Translations under genes and position numbers: made by a program
Notes under the pieces: generated by a model
What the model was told of the DNA's origin: nothing
The model's input: only the letters and a program-made list of their open reading frames with translations
The model's database searches: none
Assembly (NCBI GenBank): GCA_036834865.1
Contig: DAITNC010000002.1
Location: forward strand, 1-63,021
Source: Candidatus Limnocylindrales bacterium
GTDB lineage: Bacteria; Chloroflexota; Limnocylindria; Limnocylindrales; CSP1-4
Direction: 5' to 3'
Length of the DNA: 63,021 nt
Part shown: positions 18,236 to 25,840 of the stretch, piece after piece
Numbering within the stretch: the stretch's first letter is position 1
Layout of the letters: the number at the start of each line of letters is the position of its first letter

Positions 18236-18568
18236 TCAGCCGACTCCGAGGGCCCGGGCTCCGGCGGTCAGGACGACGGCGACCAGCAACCCGGCGAAAA
18301 GGTTCCTGCGCCACGCGACGAGCGCGGCGCACACGAGGACCGCGACGGCGTCGATGCCAACGCCGATCGTCGGGCGGCCGTCGGCGCCGGTGGTCAGCAG
18401 CACCTGTGAAGCGGCGATCGCCCCGAGCACCGCCGGCCCCACGAGGCGGAGGTACTCCAGGGCCCGCGGCGGGAGCCGCTCGAACGCGGGCGCGAGGAGC
18501 GGGATGGCGCGCGCCGGGTACGTGACCGCGGCCATGAGCAGCGCGAGTCCCACCAGCCCGAGGTTCAT
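18236..18568 (-). CDS. azlD: Branched-chain amino acid exporter small subunit AzlD
   Basis: 110 aa with 3-4 TM helices: MNLGLVGLALLMAAVTYPARAIPLL... Lies 10 nt downstream of the azlC stop. Confidence 0.7.
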   Translation of the reverse strand: MNLGLVGLALLMAAVTYPARAIPLLAPAFERLPPRALEYLRLVGPAVLGAIAASQVLLTTGADGRPTIGVGIDAVAVLVCAALVAWRRNLFAGLLVAVVLTAGARALGVG

Positions 18569-18578
18569 CTCGGTCCCG

Positions 18579-19382
18579 TCACGGCGCCAGCCCGTCTTCC
18601 GACCGGTCGGGGCGGCTGAATGATCCCGGGTCGGCGGGCAGCTCGTCGGGCTCCGGGATCCCGGGCTCCCGGCGGGGGACCAGCAGGCCCGCAAGCGGGC
18701 CCAGGAAGCCTCCCGCGAGCACGCCCGCCCGGGGATCGACCGCCAGCCCGACGACGACGGCGATGCCCACGCCGGCGACGCCGGCGACGATCTCCCGCCG
18801 GCCCGTGGCCAGGCCAACGGCAAGCCCGGCCATCGCCGCCGGGAAGACGACGTCGAGCCCCAGGACGCGGGGGTCGGGAACCGCCTGCGCGCCCAGCACG
18901 CCGACCAGCGTCGCGACGTTCCACGGGATGAATACGCCGCCGATGGCCGCAAGCCAGTACCCACGCCGATCGGCGAACCCGAGCCGCCGGAAGTGGACCA
19001 GGCTGAGCGCGAACGCCTCGTCGGTCAGGACGTGCGCCATGACCGCCCGCTCACGTCGTGAACGCCCGCGCAGCCAGGGCCCCAGGGCGGCCGCGTAGAG
19101 CAGGTGCCGCGCGTTGACGAGCCCGGTCAGGACCACGATCGCCGGCCAGCCGAACCCCGCGCCGACCATCCCGGCCGCAGCGAACTGGGATGCCCCGGCA
19201 AAGACCAGTGTCGAGAAGGCCATCGCCTCGATCACGGAGAAGCCGTTTGCCCGGGCCGTCAACCCGAAGACGACGCCGAACCCGGCCGCGGACGCGACGA
19301 TCCCCAGCATGTCGAACAGGAGCCGCCGCCGGGCTGCCCGGAGCGTGGCCGCGTCCGGCACGCCGCTCACGGTGGCGGTCAC
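18579..19382 (-). CDS. azlC: Branched-chain amino acid exporter AzlC
   Basis: FSTLVFAGASQFAAAGM, VNARHLLYAAAL and VLTDEAFAL are AzlC family hallmarks. The GTG start at 19382 is tentative. Confidence 0.8.
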   Translation of the reverse strand: MTATVSGVPDAATLRAARRRLLFDMLGIVASAAGFGVVFGLTARANGFSVIEAMAFSTLVFAGASQFAAAGMVGAGFGWPAIVVLTGLVNARHLLYAAALGPWLRGRSRRERAVMAHVLTDEAFALSLVHFRRLGFADRRGYWLAAIGGVFIPWNVATLVGVLGAQAVPDPRVLGLDVVFPAAMAGLAVGLATGRREIVAGVAGVGIAVVVGLAVDPRAGVLAGGFLGPLAGLLVPRREPGIPEPDELPADPGSFSRPDRSEDGLAP

Positions 19383-19413
19383 CCCGGTCCTCGCCGGCGG
19401 CGAGCGGCGCGGC

Positions 19414-19677
19414 TCAGCGGAGCGCGGTCTTCCCGCAGCGGTCGCAGACCACGTACACCGCGTGCTGGTCGCGCGCATAGCCGGCCGCGTGGAACGTCCC
19501 GCCGCACCCGCCGTGGTGATAGGTCCACCAGCGCTCGCCCGGGTCCAGCGGCAGGGAGTCGCTCGCCATCGCCGGCTCCAGCTCCGCGTGCGCCGCGACA
19601 GTTGCGGCGACGGCGGCAGCACGTTCGGCTTCCGTCTCGCTCGAGTACGGGTAGGCCTGGGCGATGTTCGAGGTCAC
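19414..19677 (-). CDS. Small hypothetical protein with C-terminal Cys/His cluster (possible zinc ribbon)
   Basis: From GTG at 19677: VTSNIAQAYPYSSETEAERAAAV..WWTYHHGGCGGTFHAAGYARDQHAVYVVCDRCGKTALR. No family recognised. Start uncertain. Confidence 0.4.
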   Translation of the reverse strand: MTSNIAQAYPYSSETEAERAAAVAATVAAHAELEPAMASDSLPLDPGERWWTYHHGGCGGTFHAAGYARDQHAVYVVCDRCGKTALR

Positions 19678-19774
19678 CGGGTCCTCCGCGGGCGGCGCGA
19701 CCGCAGCGTGCGGCGCAGGCGATTCGCTGTCAGGCGGCGAGTATCGCACGGGCGCTGTGAATGGTGGACGACCG

Positions 19775-20326
19775 TCAGGCCGGCGGCTCCCCGAGCGCCT
19801 GGCGCCAGGCAGCCTCGAGCACTGCCACGACGGAGCCCGAAAGGTGCGCACCGAGTACCGCCGCGCAGGCCATGTTCCAGCACGCCATGATCGCCAGGCG
19901 CGGATCCCATGGCGCGACCGCGTCCTCGATCAACCCGATGGCCGCGTGCTGGAGCGGCCGGTCGGCGGAGCCGGGGCGCACCAGGCGCACCAGGTCGCCG
20001 AAGACGCCCTCCTGCTGCCCGCTCTTCAGCCGCGCTCCGAACCGCTCGACGTCGAGCCCGGTCAGGCCGCTGGCGATCGCGACGACGACATGCACGAACA
20101 GGTCGTCGAGCTCGCGGTTCTCGTCGGACGTGAGCCGCGGCCCGTCGTACCAGGCCAGCCAGAACCCCTTGTCCACCCGCTTGTGATACGGCTTCTCGGC
20201 GCGCAGCTCGCGAACCGCCGCGTCGAGGACGTGCAGGTCCGCGAGCCTCAGCTGGGCCAACCGGCCGAGAAGCGCGGCACGCGGTCCCGGAGGGAGCAGC
20301 GGATCCCGACCGGACGAGCTGCTCAC
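19775..20326 (-). CDS. Hypothetical protein (183 aa), translationally coupled downstream of ggt
   Basis: The start overlaps the ggt stop by 4 nt (20323-20326). Good GC3 bias. Product: ..RAEKPYHKRVDKGFWLAWYDGPRLTSDENRELDDLFVHVVVAIASG... No recognisable domain. Confidence 0.55.
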   Translation of the reverse strand: MSSSSGRDPLLPPGPRAALLGRLAQLRLADLHVLDAAVRELRAEKPYHKRVDKGFWLAWYDGPRLTSDENRELDDLFVHVVVAIASGLTGLDVERFGARLKSGQQEGVFGDLVRLVRPGSADRPLQHAAIGLIEDAVAPWDPRLAIMACWNMACAAVLGAHLSGSVVAVLEAAWRQALGEPPA

Positions 20327-22002
20327 CAGGCGGCCGGGAGCCCGAGGGATCGCGGGTCAGTGGCCGCGGCCAGGGTCCCGCCCCGGGCCGGTCCGCCCTC
20401 AACGAGCTCGATCGCGTGGGCGTGCCCCAGGGCCCCATCGAACGGCGCCCGGACGTCGAGGCGGTGGCCGACGGCGGCCAGCCCTTCGAGCAGCCCTGCC
20501 CGGAAGCGCGGCTCGATCACGACCGAGTCGGGTGGGGCGAAATGGCGTGGCGATGCCGCGTGCCAGCGGGGCGCGGCGACCGCGGTCGCGACGTCCACGC
20601 CGCCGTCCACGAGCGCCGACACGATCTGGGCGAAGATCGCCGGTTGGGCGTCTCCGCCCATCGACCCGTGGATCACCCAGGGCCGGCCGTCGCGGAAGAG
20701 CATGCCGGGCAGGAGCGTGTGGAGGGTCCGCTTCCGGGGGGCCAGCACGTTCGGGTGCGCCGGGTCCAGGCTGAAGTAGCTGCCGCGGTTCTGATAGGCG
20801 ATCCCCGTCGCGGGGTCCACGACGCCGGAGCCGAAGCCCGCGTAGTTGGACTGGATCAGGCTCACCGCGTTTCCCTCGCGGTCGACGACCGCGAGGAAGA
20901 TGGTCCCGCCGCCGGGCGGGTTGGCGGCGGGCCGCGGCACGGCGGCATGCCCGGGGTCGATCCCGGCGGCCACTGCCGCCCCGTACGCCGGATCCAGCAG
21001 GTGCTCGACGGGGATCGCGGCAAAGTCCGGGTCGGTCAGGAAGGCGTCCCGGTCGGCGAGCGCGTGCTTCGTCGCCTCGATCCCGGCGTGAACCCAGCGG
21101 AGGTCGGGGCCGGCGGTCGCGCCGCCACTCCCCGGGGAGAAGTCGCCGCGGGATGGCGCCGGCAGCGCCCGCAGGATGTTCAGCACCTCGAGGCCGATCA
21201 CGCCCGAGCTGTTGGGCGGGTGCGAGGTTGCCGTGACACCCCGGTAGTCGAGCGAGAGCGGCGTCTCCCAGGTCGATGCGTGCGCGGCGAAGTCGGCCGC
21301 GGCGCACCCGCAGCCGGCCGCGGCGAGTCCGGCGACCTGGCGTGCCGCGACCTCGCCCACGTAGAAATCCGCCAACCCGGCGGTGGCGAGCCGCCCGAGC
21401 GTGGCCGCGAGGGCGGGCAGGCGCACCCGCTCGCCGAGCCGCCAGGGCCGTCCCGCGGGTCGGTAGACAGCGTGCCAGCCGCGGGCCAGCGTCCCGAGCT
21501 CCGCGTCAAAGACGAGGGCGGATCCCTCGACGGCGCGGACGAAGTGCTCGTCGGCGGGAAAGCCTTGCTCCGCGAGCCCGATCGCGGGGGCAAGGACGGC
21601 GGCCAGCGGCAGGCGCCCCCAGCGTTCGTGTGCGTCGGCCCACGACCGGACCGCACCCGGGACCGTGATCGTGAGCGGCCCGCGGAACGGGAGCGTCGCC
21701 AGCCCGCGAGCCCGGAGCGCCGCAGGATCCGCGCTCGCGGGGGATCGACCCGACCCGTTCAGCGCGGTCTGCGTGCTCGCCGCCTCGTCCCAGACCAGCC
21801 AGAACGCGTCGCCGCCCAGGCCGCATGCCTCGCCCATCACGGCGCCCAGGACAGCGTTCGTGGCGACCGCCGCGTCGACCGCGGTTCCACCCGCCCGGAG
21901 GACGCCGAGGCCGGCCGCGGTGGCCAGCTGGTGCGGCGCGACGACGGCGCCGGAGCCGCCGCGCGCGAGCGGGGTGGGCGCGAGCGGCCGGACGGGATCC
22001 AT
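20323..22002 (-). CDS. ggt: Gamma-glutamyltransferase family protein
   Basis: VVAPHQLATAAGLGVLRAGGTAVDAAVATNAVLG..GLGGDAF is the N-terminal signature. PGGGTIFLAVVDREGNAVSLIQSNYAGFGSG contains the autoprocessing Thr, and GSMGGD is present. ATG at 22002 (MDPVRPL). Confidence 0.85.
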   Translation of the reverse strand: MDPVRPLAPTPLARGGSGAVVAPHQLATAAGLGVLRAGGTAVDAAVATNAVLGAVMGEACGLGGDAFWLVWDEAASTQTALNGSGRSPASADPAALRARGLATLPFRGPLTITVPGAVRSWADAHERWGRLPLAAVLAPAIGLAEQGFPADEHFVRAVEGSALVFDAELGTLARGWHAVYRPAGRPWRLGERVRLPALAATLGRLATAGLADFYVGEVAARQVAGLAAAGCGCAAADFAAHASTWETPLSLDYRGVTATSHPPNSSGVIGLEVLNILRALPAPSRGDFSPGSGGATAGPDLRWVHAGIEATKHALADRDAFLTDPDFAAIPVEHLLDPAYGAAVAAGIDPGHAAVPRPAANPPGGGTIFLAVVDREGNAVSLIQSNYAGFGSGVVDPATGIAYQNRGSYFSLDPAHPNVLAPRKRTLHTLLPGMLFRDGRPWVIHGSMGGDAQPAIFAQIVSALVDGGVDVATAVAAPRWHAASPRHFAPPDSVVIEPRFRAGLLEGLAAVGHRLDVRAPFDGALGHAHAIELVEGGPARGGTLAAATDPRSLGLPAAW

Positions 22003-22015
22003 GTCGGCGCATTCT

Positions 22016-23341
22016 ATGGCTGCCGGGGGCCTCGATGCCGGGTACGCTGCACCGGTGGCACGCTCCGTCTCGTCCGTCCTCGTCGGGACGCTCACGCTCC
22101 GCTTCAGCACGGGCCTCACGGGCGCCATGCTGGTCTACTACCTGGCGGACCTGCCGAGACACGGCGGGGAGCACGTCTCGTCGATCACGATCGCGGTGTT
22201 CACCGCGTCGTTCTTCGCGGCCGAGCTGATCCTGTCGCCGCTCTTCGGTCCGCTGGCAGACCGCTTCGGGTACCACCGGATCATGCAGCTGGGCCCGGCC
22301 TTCGGGGCCGCGGCCGTCATCCTGACCGGGATCACCACGAACCTGTGGCTGCTGGGCGGCACGCGCTGGCTGGAGGGTGCCTCCACGGCGGCCAGCGTAC
22401 CGTCCATCCTGGGCTTCCTCGCGATCGCCACGATGGGCGACGAAGGCCTTCGCGGGAAGGCGGTCGCGCGTTTCGAGGCAGCGACGCTGGCCGGCCTGGG
22501 GATCGGGATCGTCGTCGCCGGGCCGCTCTGGACCCTCCTTCACCGGGACGCCTTCTTCGTCAACGCCCTGGTCTACGGCGTCTCCTGGGCGATCTACCGG
22601 TTCGGCGTGTCCGACCCGCGCGCGGAGCACGGCGGTCACGAGCACGAGCAGCGAACCAGCCTGGCGCGCTACCTCGAGATCCTCTCCGGCGCCCACGTCT
22701 GGCTGCTGGCGCCCACCTGGATCGCGGTCAACGCCGCCATCGGGCTGTGGACCTCCCAGTCGATCTTCCAGCTCGTGCGGCCGCGCGACCCGCGCTTCAT
22801 CGAACAACGCCTGATGTCCGGCGCGTCGCCGCTCCTGGTGAGCGCGGGGCTGGCGGTGGGGATGCTCGTCTTCTTCGCCGGCCTGGTCTACTGGGGCAAC
22901 CGGTTCAAACGCCTGCGCCGGACCACCATCATCTTCTACGGCCTGGGCGGGGGCGCGGTGCTGGTCGCCGCCGCTCTCGCGATCAACCACGGCGGCGGCC
23001 TGCCCGTGCTGGTGACGGCCGTCCTGATCGTGCCCGTCGTGGGCGGCCTGTTCGTCCTCGCCGGCGCCACGCCCGCGGCCCTGGGGCTGCTTGCGGACAT
23101 GTCAGAGCCGTACCCACGCGACCGCGGCGCGATCATGGGCCTCTACTCGGTCTTCCTGGGGATCGGCCAGATCGCGGGCAGCCTCGTGGGCGGCGTCGCC
23201 GCCGACCTGCGTGGCATCGACGGCCTGCTGGTCGCCACGGTCGCCATGCTCGCCGTCGCGGCCCTGCCGCTCTGGCGGTTGCGCGGCGTCGAGCACCGCC
23301 TGGCCATCGGCGGTGATCCCGCGCCGGCCCCGCCCGTATGA
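22016..23341 (+). CDS. MFS transporter
   Basis: 12 TM helices with GPLADRFGYHRIM (loop 2-3 motif) and LADMSEPYPRDRGAIMGLYSVFLGIG. The start is ambiguous among ATG 22001, ATG 22016 and GTG 22055. ATG 22001 would abut the divergent ggt ATG, which is unlikely. Confidence 0.75.
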   Translation: MAAGGLDAGYAAPVARSVSSVLVGTLTLRFSTGLTGAMLVYYLADLPRHGGEHVSSITIAVFTASFFAAELILSPLFGPLADRFGYHRIMQLGPAFGAAAVILTGITTNLWLLGGTRWLEGASTAASVPSILGFLAIATMGDEGLRGKAVARFEAATLAGLGIGIVVAGPLWTLLHRDAFFVNALVYGVSWAIYRFGVSDPRAEHGGHEHEQRTSLARYLEILSGAHVWLLAPTWIAVNAAIGLWTSQSIFQLVRPRDPRFIEQRLMSGASPLLVSAGLAVGMLVFFAGLVYWGNRFKRLRRTTIIFYGLGGGAVLVAAALAINHGGGLPVLVTAVLIVPVVGGLFVLAGATPAALGLLADMSEPYPRDRGAIMGLYSVFLGIGQIAGSLVGGVAADLRGIDGLLVATVAMLAVAALPLWRLRGVEHRLAIGGDPAPAPPV

Positions 23342-24210
23342 TGGCCCCGATGCCCAGCGTCGCGATCGTCACCGATTCCGCCGCGGACCTGCCCCCCGAG
23401 GTCGCCGCACGGCTCGCCATCTCGGTGGTGCCGCTCCTCGTGCGGTTCGGGACACAGGAGTTCCGGTCCGGCGTGGACCTGTCCACGGCGGACTTCTGGA
23501 CCCGGATGCTCGCGCCCGACGCACCCTTCCCGACGACCGCCGCCGCGGCGCCCGGGGCCTTCGTGGACGCCTTTGCGGCCGCCTTCGCCGGTGGCGCGGA
23601 ATCGGTGGTCTGCGTGACCGTCGGGAGCCGCCTCTCCGGCACCTTCGCAAGCGCCGAGATCGGGGCCAGGCAGCACCCGGGCCGGGAGATCCACGTGGTG
23701 GATTCGGCGTCGGCCTCCATGGGCGTCGGGCACCTGGCGATGCTTGGGGCAGAGCTTGCAGTCGCGGGCGGGACCCGCGGGACCGGCGCGGCGATCGCCG
23801 CCACGCTCCGCGAGCGCGCGCGGGACCTCGACCTGTACGTGGCGCTCGACACGCTGGCGTACCTGCGGAAGGGCGGCCGCCTCTCCGCCGCCCAGGCGAC
23901 GATCGGGACGATGCTCTCGGTCAAGCCGATCATCACGGTGGTGGATGGGCTGGTGGACACCGCGGACCGCGTCAGGAGCCGCGCCAGGGCGCGGGAGCGC
24001 GTGATCGAGCTGCTGACGGCGCGGCCGGTCGAGCGGATCGGGATCCTCCATACGGGCACCGACGACGTGGAGGCATTCCGCGACGAGGTCGTCGCCCGGC
24101 TTCCGGGCGGCGTGGATCCGGCGCGCGTGAGCGTCCAGGCGATCGGGCCGTCCATCGGGCCCCACGTGGGCCCCGGCGCCGTCGGCGGAGTCGTCCTGCG
24201 CCGACGCTGA
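23338..24210 (+). CDS. DegV family fatty-acid-binding protein
   Basis: VAIVTDSAADLP.., TAAAAPGAF.., SRLSGTF..A and LDTLAYLRKGGRLS are DegV hallmarks. The ATG overlaps the MFS stop (ATGA at 23338-23341). Confidence 0.85.
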   Translation: MMAPMPSVAIVTDSAADLPPEVAARLAISVVPLLVRFGTQEFRSGVDLSTADFWTRMLAPDAPFPTTAAAAPGAFVDAFAAAFAGGAESVVCVTVGSRLSGTFASAEIGARQHPGREIHVVDSASASMGVGHLAMLGAELAVAGGTRGTGAAIAATLRERARDLDLYVALDTLAYLRKGGRLSAAQATIGTMLSVKPIITVVDGLVDTADRVRSRARARERVIELLTARPVERIGILHTGTDDVEAFRDEVVARLPGGVDPARVSVQAIGPSIGPHVGPGAVGGVVLRRR

Positions 24211-24419
24211 AGGGGGCTCTCCCATCCTCGGCCGCCGAGCCGGAGGTCGTCCCCCGCACCGGGACCAAAGGTTGCGGGACGGAGACGGGCCGGGTTCGGT
24301 ACCATTGCGGTTGGCGCCCGGGCCATTCCGCCCGGGGTCAGCGTCCCCGTTCGGCACTCGCGGCGGGGCAGAGAACGGCCGGATGATCGGCCAACGTCGA
24401 ACAGTCCGTCGTGGAGGGC

Positions 24420-24514
24420 GGTCCCGCGCACGGGCCGCAACGTCCCGACCGGCAGCCGTCCCGGAGGCGGCAGCGTGGCCGTCCCGAGGGGCGGCGATCG
24501 CAGCGGTCGTCCCG
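24420..24514 (+). promoter_or_regulatory. Array of same-strand CGTCCCG heptamers in the gdhA leader
   Basis: GGTCCCG at 24420. Perfect CGTCCCG at 24441, 24457, 24480 and 24508, each followed 3-6 nt later by GG. Looser copies lie at 24248 (CGTCCCCCG) and 24342 (CGTCCCCG), with the complement CGGGACG at 24275. Function unknown. Confidence 0.5.
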
Positions 24515-24549
24515 CGTTCCGGGCGACCGAGCAGGAGGACCTCCGCTCC

Positions 24550-25815
24550 ATGACCACCGAACAGGTCGCCGCGACGATCAACCCGTGGGCCGTCGCCCAG
24601 CAGCAGTTCGACCTCGCGGCCGAGCACCTGAACCTGGATCCGGGCACCCGGCAGGTCCTGCGCGAGCCCCGCCGCGCGCTCACCGTGACGTTCCCCGTCA
24701 AGATGGACGATGGGATCGTTCGCGTCTTCACCGGCTACCGCGTCCAGCACAACCTGGGCCGCGGGCCGGCCAAGGGCGGGATCCGCTATCACCAGGACGT
24801 CTCGATCGACGAGGTCAAGGCCCTCGCGATGTGGATGACCTGGAAGTGCGCGGTCGTCGGCATCCCGTACGGCGGCGGCAAGGGCGGCGTCATCGTCGAC
24901 CCCAAGAAGCTCTCGCTCAAGGAGCTCGAGGCGCTCACCCGGCGCTACACGACCGAGATCAGCGTCCTCATCGGCCCCGAGCGAGACATCCCGGCCCCCG
25001 ACGTCAACACGACGCCGCAGATCATGGCCTGGATGATGGACACGTACTCGATGCACGCGGGCTACACGGTCCCGGGCGTCGTCACCGGCAAGCCCATCAG
25101 CCTCGGCGGGTCCGAGGGGCGCAACGAGGCCACGGCCCGCGGCTGCGTCTACACGGTCGTGGATGCGGCCGCCCACCTCGGCATCGATCTCACCAAGACC
25201 ACCACCGCGGTCCAGGGCTTCGGCAACGCCGGGTCGATCGCCGCGCGGCTCATGCGCGACGAGGGATCCACGGTCGTCGCCGTCTCGGACACGCAGGGCG
25301 GGATCCACAAGGTGGCCGGTCTCGACATCGAGAAGGTCCTCGCCTGGAAGCAGGAGCACGGCACCGTCGTCGGGTTCCCCGGCAGCACGAAGATCACCAA
25401 CGGCGAGCTCCTCGAGCTCCCGGTCGACATCCTGATCCCGGCGGCCTATGAGAACCAGATCACCGTCCGGAACGCGGCCAACGTCAAGGCCAAGATCGTC
25501 GCCGAGGCCGCCAACGGCCCCACGACGCCCGAGGCGGACCTGATCCTGGCGAAGAAGGGCGTCTTCATGATCCCCGACATCCTCGCCAACGCCGGCGGCG
25601 TCACCGTCAGCTACTTCGAGTGGGTCCAGGACCTCAACCGGGATCACTGGAGCGAGAAGATCGTCAACGAGAAGCTCAAGGAGATCATGGATCGCTCCTT
25701 CGCCGAGGTGCTGGCCATGTCGCTCCTCGAGGAGGTCAACATGCGGACCGCCGCCTACCTGGTCGCGGTCAAGCGTGTCGCCGACACCACCGCCCTGCGC
25801 GGCCTGTATCCGTAG
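24550..25815 (+). CDS. gdhA: Glutamate dehydrogenase (Glu/Leu/Phe/Val dehydrogenase family)
   Basis: GPAKGGIRYH, KALAMWMTWKCAVVGIPYGGGKGG and VQGFGNAGS (Rossmann) are present. ATG at 24550 is preceded by AGGAGG 11 nt upstream. Confidence 0.9.
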   Translation: MTTEQVAATINPWAVAQQQFDLAAEHLNLDPGTRQVLREPRRALTVTFPVKMDDGIVRVFTGYRVQHNLGRGPAKGGIRYHQDVSIDEVKALAMWMTWKCAVVGIPYGGGKGGVIVDPKKLSLKELEALTRRYTTEISVLIGPERDIPAPDVNTTPQIMAWMMDTYSMHAGYTVPGVVTGKPISLGGSEGRNEATARGCVYTVVDAAAHLGIDLTKTTTAVQGFGNAGSIAARLMRDEGSTVVAVSDTQGGIHKVAGLDIEKVLAWKQEHGTVVGFPGSTKITNGELLELPVDILIPAAYENQITVRNAANVKAKIVAEAANGPTTPEADLILAKKGVFMIPDILANAGGVTVSYFEWVQDLNRDHWSEKIVNEKLKEIMDRSFAEVLAMSLLEEVNMRTAAYLVAVKRVADTTALRGLYP

Positions 25816-25840
25816 AGCCGGGCGGCGAGCATTGGCGCCG

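Noticed and set aside
22001-22002. Back-to-back divergent start codons: ggt ATG ending at 22002, MFS ATG beginning at 22001.
   Set aside because: This would leave no promoter space. It more likely reflects an over-extended MFS start (alternatives at 22016 and 22055) than a real overlapping divergent arrangement.
24420-24514. Could the CGTCCCG array, or the other direct repeats (46180-46213, 62645-62668), be a CRISPR array?
   Set aside because: The units are 7-13 nt with 2-5 copies, and spacers of 9-21 nt have no constant repeat length. No cas genes are in the window.
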